A DNA stretch of 32,000 nucleotides from Candidatus Heimdallarchaeota archaeon (GTDB lineage: Archaea > Asgardarchaeota > Heimdallarchaeia > Heimdallarchaeales > Kariarchaeaceae): NCBI GenBank assembly GCA_030149205.1, contig JASBSB010000006.1, forward strand, positions 1-32,000. The letters run 5' to 3'. The notes under the pieces were generated by a model. That model had not been told where the DNA came from, ran no database searches, and worked only from the letters and a program-made list of their open reading frames with translations. The translations under genes and the position numbers were made by a program. Below, one piece after another: positions 19,300-27,999 of this stretch; position 1 is the stretch's first letter; the number at the start of each line of letters is the position of its first letter.

Positions 19300-19766
19300 C
19301 CTTTTATTTGGAGGATTACAAAGTCTTCAAATTTCAAATGGGAAGAAGTTTTTTTCCCATGCTAGGTTCAATTCAACGAACCTATCATTAATTTTCTTAT
19401 CTTTTTTCTCTTTAGACTTGGATAAGCCTCTTGTTTTATCCTTTTTTAATTCATCAATATCCCTTTTGATCCAATTATACTCCTTCAATCCCTATTCTTG
19501 TGGTTTTTTAAATCTGAGGAAATTTCATAAGCTAATTTTTCAATTGTTACTGACAAATCTGTTTCAGAAATTTTAAGTTTATCTTAACCTTAATCGTGAA
19601 TATCTCCGGTAAGACACCACTTTATTGCAATGAGTACAGAGGTCTTTCCGGCATCATTATCCTCAATAAAAATCGGCATATCTTTTAAAAATATTGTCAC
19701 ATTTTTCAATAATCTAAAATTCTTAATCTTTGCTTTTACAAGTGTTAAGGAACAGTCTTCCCTCAC
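19300..19766 (-). pseudogene. Decayed N-terminus of an ABC/SMC-superfamily ATPase (Rad50/SbcC/OLD/AAA_15-like)
   Basis: 58-aa ORF 19590-19766 (below the track cutoff): KAKIKNFRLL...IFIEDNDAGKTSVLIAIKWCLTG, a Walker A with Gly-to-Glu decay. The frame continues with in-frame stops; the 19300 boundary is approximate. Confidence 0.65.
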
Positions 19767-19804
19767 GAAAACACTAAATCTTATTTTAATATAAAGCTTA
19801 ATTC

Positions 19805-19819
19805 AAAAAAAAAAAAAAA
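19805..19819. repeat. A15 homopolymer (T15 on minus strand), possible archaeal oligo-T terminator of the GNAT operon
   Basis: 15 consecutive A, 115 nt downstream of the GNAT stop on the minus strand. Terminator role is inference. Confidence 0.45.
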
Positions 19820-19934
19820 TGGCGATATTGGGAAAAGTGAGAACTAACATGTTTGACAAAATTTTCAATATAGCAAATTTGATCCAGAGGGTATAAGGAT
19901 TAACCTCATCTCCTTTATTTACAGTAGCATAAAA

Positions 19935-20426
19935 TCAGCTTACCCACTTTAAATCGAAATACATCGGTTTTACTCGATATGGTGTACCACTATAAGTTCT
20001 ATTTTGTGAGGGTCGATCTTTATCTTTACTAGAAAACCAGGTTAGATCAAATTCTTTGAATTCAAATTTAGAAAACAATCCATTATTACTTTCATTATCT
20101 AAAATATCTGCAATTATTAATCTGATCCCTACGTCCTTACTAAGGTAATAAACCTTGGAAAGCATTTGCTCAATCATGAGTGACGCGATTTTCTTCCTTT
20201 GATAGGTTTTAGATACTGCTAATTGATCAATTTTAACTGCAGGTAAGCGATCATATTCGCCTTCCTTTGCATTTTCCCCCTCACCAATAAAATTAGATTT
20301 TTTTTTTAATGTCACTTTTCCTGCAGATATTGAAATAAAGCCTATGAATTTTTTTGTGACTTTATCTAGATAAAAATATGTTATGTTTAATCTCTGTTCT
20401 ATTGTTGATGGAATGCAATTTAACAA
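19935..20426 (-). CDS. GNAT N-acetyltransferase, TacT/AtaT toxin-like
   Basis: FIGFISISAGKV, RLPAVKIDQLAVSKTYQRKKIAS (motif A), GIRLIIAD. The frame stays open upstream to about 20525, so the true start is probably earlier. Confidence 0.85.
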   Translation of the reverse strand: MLNCIPSTIEQRLNITYFYLDKVTKKFIGFISISAGKVTLKKKSNFIGEGENAKEGEYDRLPAVKIDQLAVSKTYQRKKIASLMIEQMLSKVYYLSKDVGIRLIIADILDNESNNGLFSKFEFKEFDLTWFSSKDKDRPSQNRTYSGTPYRVKPMYFDLKWVS

Positions 20427-20528
20427 AAAATAACCAGTTCTATCATTTTCAGAAATTCTAAAATTGGTTTTATCAATTTGATCATAATCTAAGGTTACAA
20501 TTATCTTATCCTTCGTATAAATTATTCA

Positions 20529-21041
20529 TCACCCGTTACTATTTAAAATTTTATTGAGTTCTTCTTTAGAATATTCTTCTAGTAATTTTGTCATAATCAT
20601 CTTTGCTTTTGGGTTAGGCTTGTCTAATTCATTTAAGAACTCAACTGTGCCTTCTTCAGAAAGTTCATAATCATTATCTATTCCGGATAAGTGAATATAT
20701 AACTCATGCATTTGTTTTTCTACAGTATTAGATATTTCTGAAATTGAAGAATTTTTGAGATACAATCTAATGGGTGGAATTGTTGCTATTTTAGGTTTTT
20801 GTGGAAAATTTTCATATGTTTGAATGGAAATGTTAATGTCTCTATTTGTGTTAAATTTTGATTTAGGAATAAGGTCTTCAAGATTAATTTCTTTTGAGAT
20901 TGGGAATGATTCTTCCAGAGAGAAAGGATATAATTCAGAATCAGAAGATATAATATCGGACGGTGAACGCAAACTTAACTTTGGATCAACTATATTACTT
21001 AACTTTGGATCAACTATATTACTCAACTTTCTCACCTTCAT
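20529..21041 (-). CDS. Hypothetical protein, antitoxin-like (C-terminal segment resembling DUF1778/TacA)
   Basis: 170 aa directly upstream of the GNAT gene; LSEEGTVEFLNELDKPNPKA resembles the LS..F..L..P.PN motif of DUF1778 antitoxins. N-terminal region low-complexity, with an 8-aa repeat. Confidence 0.55.
   Translation of the reverse strand: MKVRKLSNIVDPKLSNIVDPKLSLRSPSDIISSDSELYPFSLEESFPISKEINLEDLIPKSKFNTNRDINISIQTYENFPQKPKIATIPPIRLYLKNSSISEISNTVEKQMHELYIHLSGIDNDYELSEEGTVEFLNELDKPNPKAKMIMTKLLEEYSKEELNKILNSNG
20973..21030. repeat. 24-bp tandem repeat, 2.4 copies
   Basis: acttaactttggatcaactatatt exactly twice (20973-20996, 20997-21020) plus actcaacttt; encodes KLSNIVDP repeats on the minus strand. 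Confidence 0.95.
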
Positions 21042-21678
21042 CTGATATGGTTATTAAGATTTGTTCAAAAGGAACCTTCATCTTCTTCTCAATCCTTTCA
21101 ATGTTTTCCTTGATCGCATCAATCAAACCAATTAATGTTGTGATTGACATTGAAATTTTATGTTTAAAAAAACTCGTTAACTTAGGGTTCTCTTGTTTAA
21201 CCTCTCCCATAATTCTACCAAGGTATAAAACCGCATTATTACCTGAGACTAAAATAAAATAGGAATTAGGTGCAAAATATTCAGTTTCATATGTGATTAG
21301 CATTGGGAAATACTCAACTGAATTATCTTTTGAATTCGAATTTTTATACCTATATGGTTTTCCTTTCTCTTTAATATCTACTTTGACAAATTTTTCTAAT
21401 TTCTGAAGAAAACTACTTAGAGTGTTTGGAGAAAATGTTGCATATAATCTTACATCGAATGCATTTGCTTCAAATTTTAGGTCTCCAAATAATAGTTGGA
21501 AATCGGAATATCCTTCATGGTTTACTAGGATTGAGTCAACTGTATGGGATTTTAAATTTTTGTCAAAAATTGCGATAAAGCCTTCATTAAATTCTTTTCC
21601 ATAAAATTCACCGGAAAGAACAACATTGTTTATATCCACTTGAGCGTTCAATGAGAACCTTCCAGAATGTTGAGTCAT
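21019..21678 (-). CDS. Hypothetical protein; C-terminal domain reminiscent of DUF3467
   Basis: 219 aa, ATG start, overlaps the next gene by 23 nt. C-terminal pattern EYFAPNSY..LYLGRI..KISMSITTLIGLIDAIKENIERIEKK resembles DUF3467 (YxN..F.LDF..RI.MSP..AK.L...L..NI..YE). Weak call. Confidence 0.5.
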   Translation of the reverse strand: MTQHSGRFSLNAQVDINNVVLSGEFYGKEFNEGFIAIFDKNLKSHTVDSILVNHEGYSDFQLLFGDLKFEANAFDVRLYATFSPNTLSSFLQKLEKFVKVDIKEKGKPYRYKNSNSKDNSVEYFPMLITYETEYFAPNSYFILVSGNNAVLYLGRIMGEVKQENPKLTSFFKHKISMSITTLIGLIDAIKENIERIEKKMKVPFEQILITISDEGEKVE

Positions 21679-21984
21679 ATTACATATTACTTGAGCTATC
21701 TTTACTTATTAAGAATAATTAATTGACATAGACACTATATTCAATTAATTCAAATAAATTTGTCAGAATTTGTATACGTATTTCAACTGGTTTCAACGGG
21801 GAGAATTCCTTTCCTACATGTAATTTAAAAGTAAGTTTAGAAATCTATTAACTCTTTTAATTATTTTTTATCATTGTTCAATGTTTTCGACTCTTCAAAA
21901 CCATGAAAATTATTAATTTGAAAATCAAAAGCATTATGTTTCAAATTATGTATATATTAGCAACTTGTAAGAAAACTGAATAAT

Positions 21985-22857
21985 TTAATTTTTAATGATG
22001 TTTGTAATTGAATCTATAATTTGCTGAATTGTTTGCTGTTCTAAGGATACAATGCCTGCCTCCCAATTTTTTCCGGATGTTGAGTTTGCGGTAAAGTTCA
22101 TAGATGAAGCTACTGCTATGGAAGAATCTATGACTAATAGTTTTGCATGAATAGTTTTTTTGTAGTGAATTTTAACACCTTTCTCTCTTAATAAATTATG
22201 AAACTCTTTTTTTTGTTTATCAGGAGACCTTGTGACAAGGGTTGTTTTAACTTTAGAACTCGCAGCTCCAATTAATTTTTTTGAAAGACTGGTTTCATCC
22301 ACAAATGGGTTTACAATCAAAACACTCGTTTTTGCATTTTTTATTAATTGAATTGATAGGTTTTGTAAATTGTCTCCTTCTAAGAAAAAGTGTTTGTTAG
22401 TTAAATTTGTTTCAGGTTTGTTCAATTTGATCCAATTATCCAACCAATTGCTTTTTACTAAATTTTTATTGGATTTCGAATTGGATTCTGGTCTATGGTT
22501 ATTTGGATTGTTGTTTGTCTGAGAATAATCTTTATATTCTCTATAAATATCGTAGACTACTCTGTATTCATCAAATTCATTTTTCTCAAGAATATCAAGT
22601 TCAAATAATTCAGCCAAAACCTTGTTGAGATGCTTAGGGTTCAATCTTGTCAACTCTCTGATGTCCTCCCAAGATTTTGCATTATTAACCGCAATAGCAT
22701 CGATAACTTTCCCTTTCCATGACCCATAAAAAATGGGTATTGAAACATTCATCATTGTTTTTTTTAATTTCAATATAAAAAGATACAAATTTTCAATTAT
22801 GGAACAATCAAAAATAATTTTGCGTATAGTATGGACTAACCGCAATCTATGAGACAT
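21985..22857 (-). CDS. Winged-helix plus single-HKD phospholipase D-like nuclease (probable start 22755 or 22752)
   Basis: N-terminal WEDIRELTRLNPKHLNKVLAELFELDILEK (wHTH-like), Asn-rich linker, LIKNAKTSVLIVNPFV, IHAKLLVID (HxKxxxxD), SSMNFT, NWEAGI. Confidence 0.8.
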   Translation of the reverse strand: MSHRLRLVHTIRKIIFDCSIIENLYLFILKLKKTMMNVSIPIFYGSWKGKVIDAIAVNNAKSWEDIRELTRLNPKHLNKVLAELFELDILEKNEFDEYRVVYDIYREYKDYSQTNNNPNNHRPESNSKSNKNLVKSNWLDNWIKLNKPETNLTNKHFFLEGDNLQNLSIQLIKNAKTSVLIVNPFVDETSLSKKLIGAASSKVKTTLVTRSPDKQKKEFHNLLREKGVKIHYKKTIHAKLLVIDSSIAVASSMNFTANSTSGKNWEAGIVSLEQQTIQQIIDSITNIIKN

Positions 22858-23182
22858 AGTATGATGATTAATTGTGCAAAAATGATTACAGGATATTAGA
22901 AAGAAGAAAAGAATTAGATGATAAATTATGAACCAAAAGGAGTTAATTAGATATTAAGAAGGTGTGCTATGTTATGAATTTGATCCTAGGCATGTATCAC
23001 CTCCACATTTGAATTTATGGTGGTTAGACTCAATGAACCGAAGGTGAACACCCTTGGCAAAGACAGTAGAAAGAGATATAGACCATGAGTTCTAAATGCC
23101 ATTAATATACTTCAAGTGTGTAAAGATATAAACATTTTGTAATTAAATTTACAATATGATACGAATTTTGTTTCTTAGTACC

Positions 23183-24643
23183 TTAAGCTAGCTCTTCACC
23201 ACCACTCACCCTTTGAATGTTATGAATCAGCTCATTCAATGCGGTGATTACTCCAGCGATGGTAGCAGATGATGCGTTTAATGCAGTCCCTGGCTCATGG
23301 ATCAGTTTGTTTCTCAAAAATCTGAACTCGTTGATTCCCGAGTAACCTTTTTCAGAGAGACATTGATTATCCAACAATAGCTTCGTCATTTCAAAGAAGT
23401 TAAGGCTGGTGCTCTCCAGATCTGCAAATACAGCTGTACTTTCTCGAATAAGATGCTCCGTCATTCTGTACATTACTAAAAATGCAACCGTTTGTTGGTC
23501 TTGATCAAGGTTTCTCCAGTTCGTTAACTGATTTCTAACATAAGAGAGATCCGAATTTAAAGCCAATAACTCTGCTTCATCTATCTCAAGCTTTCCAAAC
23601 TTCTCTCCAAGTAGAAGTCGATCTATGGTGGTGTTTCTCCCTGTTTTGGCCTTGAACTCGGCTTTTGAGTCTAATATCTTTCGATATTCTCTCCAAGCAA
23701 GCTTTAATCCAAGACGTTTTCGTGATTCTATAAGCAACTCTTGAGCAATCAATGGTCCCACCAATTCATCAAGCTTATCCTTATACAATTCGGTGATCTT
23801 TCTTTGCTGTCTCCTCTCAATAAGTTCATCCAGATCATATGCAACAATTGATCGAATTTGTTCCTTTCTAATGTAGCTGGTTAATTCAGTTTCTTGAAAC
23901 AATATTGGGATTGTATATGGGAGAAAATTTTCAATTTTTCTCATTGAAATTCTAAATATAACTATTGAACCAGCTATTAGGAGACCAAAAAATAGGAGAA
24001 GTATAAAGAAAAGCCCATAGTTTTCAATATAATCTAGAACAACGAAGAGGATATTTATTGAAGTTACTTTCATTATGAGAACCAAAACAAGGTTTAGGAT
24101 CATAAACAAAAACGTGTATCCACTAAACAACGCCAAGCTCTCATAATACTCAAGATTTAGAAGTTCTCTCTGTATGGAAGAATCTTCTCTTCTGAATTGG
24201 AAGGACTCAATGTAATATATGGTGGTACTCTTTGCGATATTTGGAACTAAATTCTCCTTCAAAGATTCATAAATTGCCTCACGCTCAACACTATTTACTG
24301 AGAGTTCCATTGACAGAGTGGAGTAAGTGAGGTCTTTAGAACCCTCACCATCGTGCAATATCAGAACATTGTAAAGCCCACGTGCTATAATATGCTCAAG
24401 CCTCGGTTGAAGTCTTCCTAACCATACAATCAAATATGGAGACCCCACATAAAAAATAACTATAAAGAAGAAGAGGATAAACCCTCCCAGTACTACCTCA
24501 GAAGTAATGTTTTGATACCTTAAGGTGGCATATAGGAACAGCAGAGTTAATTCAAACAAGATTGGTGAAAGAATTCCGATGATAAACCGTTGACTGAAGA
24601 AATTCACAATCCCTATGATAAACCGTTGACTAGAGAAATTCAC
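23183..24643 (-). CDS. Multi-TM membrane protein with C-terminal HEPN-like domain
   Basis: About 4 hydrophobic segments in the N-terminal half, then a charged helical region. C-terminal AFLVMYRMTEHLIRE...INEFRFLRNKLIHEPG carries an R-x4-H motif. Confidence 0.6.
   Translation of the reverse strand: MNFSSQRFIIGIVNFFSQRFIIGILSPILFELTLLFLYATLRYQNITSEVVLGGFILFFFIVIFYVGSPYLIVWLGRLQPRLEHIIARGLYNVLILHDGEGSKDLTYSTLSMELSVNSVEREAIYESLKENLVPNIAKSTTIYYIESFQFRREDSSIQRELLNLEYYESLALFSGYTFLFMILNLVLVLIMKVTSINILFVVLDYIENYGLFFILLLFFGLLIAGSIVIFRISMRKIENFLPYTIPILFQETELTSYIRKEQIRSIVAYDLDELIERRQQRKITELYKDKLDELVGPLIAQELLIESRKRLGLKLAWREYRKILDSKAEFKAKTGRNTTIDRLLLGEKFGKLEIDEAELLALNSDLSYVRNQLTNWRNLDQDQQTVAFLVMYRMTEHLIRESTAVFADLESTSLNFFEMTKLLLDNQCLSEKGYSGINEFRFLRNKLIHEPGTALNASSATIAGVITALNELIHNIQRVSGGEELA
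24572..24643. repeat. 36-bp imperfect tandem duplication at the 5' end of the TM-HEPN gene
   Basis: aattccgatgataaaccgttgactgaagaaattcac vs aatccctatgataaaccgttgactagagaaattcac (32/36 identical); encodes VNF(S/F)SQRFIIGI twice. Confidence 0.9.
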
Positions 24644-24824
24644 TATAATTCTTTTCTAAGATATCTATTATAAAATAGTGGACAGTTAACGAATTTTAGA
24701 AATTTTCAAACGATATTTGGTGGCATGACTGAAGTATTAATTACTCTCAAAATTATGCTAATCTTTTCTAAATATTACTATATTTAAAAAAATGTTTTTA
24801 TGTATAGTTTTATTATGTAATACA

Positions 24825-25004
24825 ATGTCAAGCTCTTCAACCCCTAAAAAAGCGGCCTGTGGATTCCCCATTAGAAAGCAAGAAAATTTCATAGTTTTGG
24901 AACACAAGGGAACCAAAATTGCCTTTTGCACAAATAAGTGTGCTGATTTATTCAAGGAGGACCCTGAAAAATTTAAGAGGAGTAATCATTATACTGGGGA
25001 TTAG
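24825..25004 (+). CDS. Small YHS/TRASH-domain metal-binding protein
   Basis: AACGFPI..LEHKGTKIAFCTNKCADLFKEDPEKF matches the YHS pattern CG...Y.G..Y.FCS..C...F..DP..Y. Start moved from the track's 24792 to the ATG at 24825. Confidence 0.85.
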   Translation: MSSSSTPKKAACGFPIRKQENFIVLEHKGTKIAFCTNKCADLFKEDPEKFKRSNHYTGD

Positions 25005-25118
25005 AGGGGCTATACTGTAAATATCAAAATTTTTGGTGTTATACTGACAGTATCCAGAAGGATGAAAGAAAGAAGATACCCCAAAAATATTCCTACGTAA
25101 TTCCTTCATGGTGAAATA

Positions 25119-26333
25119 CTATTTCTTAAAGATAATTAACAAGATAAAAGTGAGAAGTATAATGGAAATCCCAAAAAACTGGAAGCTTGGTGTAAGAGGT
25201 AGAAAGTTAAGGAAGACCCCCATGACAATGGCACCTAGCCCTCTACCAATTGAGACAAAAACTCCAAGACTACCAATAGCACTCCCTCTCATTTCAGGTG
25301 TTGAAAACTTGGAAGCATGTGAATTTACAGCAGGATAAGAGATGAGTAGTCCAGATAAAACAAGAGAATAAATGAGTATTAAATACGCAAAATTTCCATT
25401 GAGAGTGATCATGTAAATTAAGAGACCATTGATAATCAAGGCGAATATCACGGGTCTCTCCAATCCAAATCTATCAGAAATTACACCAAACCTTTTTTTG
25501 AGACCAATCAACAAGAAAATTGATACAAAATACATTAGAGACACGTCACTGTTTGAATAATGATAGTTATCAACAACAAGCAATGGTAAAAATATAGCAA
25601 AGCCAAATTCTGTGTATGAGATTAAGATCTGCAATGAATAAACTTTTCTAAGTCCTGATGACTTAAGCAATTCTTTGAGAGTGCTTACCATTGTTCGGAG
25701 AGACTTTAAAAAATTTTTAGACAGAGATTCATAATGTCTTCTGTCACTACCATTTAAGGTCTCATTTAAGATGAAGTATCCGAATACTGTTAGTACCACC
25801 CCTAGAATCGATCCAGTAAGAAAAAGCTGTCGAAGGTCCCAGTTTAAGTATTGAAGTGTGATGTATGCAATAAGAGATGCCAGAAGTACACCTATGTCTG
25901 AAAATTGAAAAACACGCCCATTATTAGCCCCATAGTTGGTTTTAGAGACATCTCCGAGGAGGGAAAACACGGCAGGCCAAAAACATGAGATTCCAAATGC
26001 GAATAATAATACTGAGATCAGAACAAAAGTCCAATGTGTGGCAAGACTCAACACCAGCAATGAAATAGTATAAGAGGCAGTTCCTGTTAGGATTAGTGGT
26101 TTTCTCCCAATTGATTGACTAAGTTCAGAGAGGGGGATTCTCAGAGGAATTTGCACGATGTTTTGTAGTGCAACAAGAGAAGATAACAGAAAAGCAGCAG
26201 TTGGGATATCATTTGTGAGAAAGAGAGCAATGTAGGTACGGTAGAAGAAGGCTAAGAGATTTGCAGACAGAGTCATATATCCGACTGGAAAGAGATGAAA
26301 ATCAGCCTTCAATGATTTTCCTATCAATAACAC
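25119..26333 (-). CDS. MFS transporter
   Basis: About 12 TM; ELSQSIGRKPLI and GVISDRFG motif-A copies, RGSAIG. Confidence 0.9.
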   Translation of the reverse strand: MLLIGKSLKADFHLFPVGYMTLSANLLAFFYRTYIALFLTNDIPTAAFLLSSLVALQNIVQIPLRIPLSELSQSIGRKPLILTGTASYTISLLVLSLATHWTFVLISVLLFAFGISCFWPAVFSLLGDVSKTNYGANNGRVFQFSDIGVLLASLIAYITLQYLNWDLRQLFLTGSILGVVLTVFGYFILNETLNGSDRRHYESLSKNFLKSLRTMVSTLKELLKSSGLRKVYSLQILISYTEFGFAIFLPLLVVDNYHYSNSDVSLMYFVSIFLLIGLKKRFGVISDRFGLERPVIFALIINGLLIYMITLNGNFAYLILIYSLVLSGLLISYPAVNSHASKFSTPEMRGSAIGSLGVFVSIGRGLGAIVMGVFLNFLPLTPSFQFFGISIILLTFILLIIFKK

Positions 26334-26716
26334 ACAGGATATTGATGCTTTTTATTGTTTTATTCAGTGCTAAATATTTATCGAAAGCTTATTTCCTCAA
26401 TTCATTAGACCAATTTTAATTATTTTCTGAGATAATAAACACAACTTTTCATTTGTTAACCGAAAACAGAGCCTCATCCAATGTTGAAAGTAAGGCTGAA
26501 AGTAAATACATTATAACAAATTTTTCTAATCTACTTGCTTTAAATGGATAGTTTGAACGAGGGCAAACAAAAACAGTATCAAATTAACTTACAATTTGTT
26601 CCTTACAATAAGTTGCAAATAAAAAGTTGAGTCTGCAGAAATTACCCCTGAGATATTTTTGCTGGATTTTATTAATTTTGAAATGATTTAGAAATATTAG
26701 GGATAGCGGCTAATGA

Positions 26717-27856
26717 TTAGATGCCATCCACCTGTCTGAATAAAAATACCAAGAAAACACCTGCAAGTATGGTTACCAATGCAGCCATATCCATCGAGAA
26801 AGTATAGACACCTGAAAAGGAAAAGAACAATATTGCTAATATAGGACCGACAAGACTTGCGGCTGAAAATGTTGCGTTATATAACCCAGTTGCAGTCCCC
26901 ACATTGCCTGTCTTTTTGCTCCGACTTTCAACCAAACGTAAACCCCCCACATAAAATAGTCCCCACGAAAATCCAAGAAGTATATTTGCCAGGGCCATTA
27001 ACCAAAACACAGTGATTATAGTAAATAGAAAAAACGTAGCTGCAGAGGCAAAAGTTCCCACAACAAACATTAGGCTTGGTCTGTATCGGTCACCAATTCT
27101 TTGCATTACCAAGAACTGTGTAAAGGTATTCATGACCTGTAGAATACCAATCTGTCCAGTAGAATAACCTAAGACATTTTGTAAGAAAATTGCCCAGAAT
27201 ATCCAGATACTGTTAGCTGTACCGTGCCTTAACAAAGCAACCAGGTAGATGAACCAGTTCTTTTTGAAGGCAAGGAGATATTTACCGAGTGGAGTTGATT
27301 TTGAATCAGAAACAGAAATGAGATACCCTCTTCCTTCTCCGGAAGCAAGTGCAATAAGAAATGCAACAGAGAACAAGAAAGAACTTAAATAAAACATGGT
27401 TCCTAACCCCGTGAATTCCGCGAGAATTCCTGTTGTATAACTCCCTATAGCCCACCCCAGAGATCCAAAAGAGGAGAGATTTCCTAGTTTTGCATTTCTG
27501 TCTGACGCAATTCCTGTGATGGAGGCAGGGTAAATGCCCATAGCCACTCCATGAGCAATTCTAACGACAAGAAATTCTGAAAATGTGGAGGCAAAGCTAT
27601 AGGAAAATGCCGAGAGTCCAGCAGCAAACAAACCTAACAACAGGAAGGGACGTCTTCCTATATCATCTGCAAGTCTGCCAAATGTTGAATTTGATATTAT
27701 AAGACAGGCAGAAAATACAACGCCCAACACAGCAATTTGTGATTCGATATAATGGTTATCTTTTAGATACAGTGACAAAAATGCAAAGATCACTGAGCCC
27801 CCAGAATTTGCAAACAAAAGAGTCAGTTTTAAATCTCCATTCCTGAAAATTAGCAC
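26717..27856 (-). CDS. MFS transporter
   Basis: About 12 TM; GRLADDIGRRPFL, VVRIAHG, RIGDRY, GTATGLYN. Confidence 0.92.
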   Translation of the reverse strand: MLIFRNGDLKLTLLFANSGGSVIFAFLSLYLKDNHYIESQIAVLGVVFSACLIISNSTFGRLADDIGRRPFLLLGLFAAGLSAFSYSFASTFSEFLVVRIAHGVAMGIYPASITGIASDRNAKLGNLSSFGSLGWAIGSYTTGILAEFTGLGTMFYLSSFLFSVAFLIALASGEGRGYLISVSDSKSTPLGKYLLAFKKNWFIYLVALLRHGTANSIWIFWAIFLQNVLGYSTGQIGILQVMNTFTQFLVMQRIGDRYRPSLMFVVGTFASAATFFLFTIITVFWLMALANILLGFSWGLFYVGGLRLVESRSKKTGNVGTATGLYNATFSAASLVGPILAILFFSFSGVYTFSMDMAALVTILAGVFLVFLFRQVDGI

Positions 27857-27999
27857 AACACAAATTTTCTAAATAGCTCCTTTTTAACTCAGATGAAAGG
27901 ATACAAACCCTATAGTAGAATTTTAGTCGAGCAAATTAACATTTAAATTGTCCTTCACACTGTCATTATTCTTAAGAATTAATAGGAATCTTTCCAAAT

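Noticed and set aside
22900-23100. Plus-strand frame MNQKELIRY*EGVLCYEF.. with stops
   Set aside because: Possible pseudogene debris; nothing recognisable, and no convincing RNA structure.
20973-24643. CRISPR array from the 24-bp and 36-bp repeats
   Set aside because: Both are head-to-tail tandem copies without spacers, only about 2 units each, inside coding sequence; no cas genes.
26380-26690. Minus-strand near-open frame between the two MFS genes
   Set aside because: Interrupted by stops and without identifiable motifs; no call can be supported.
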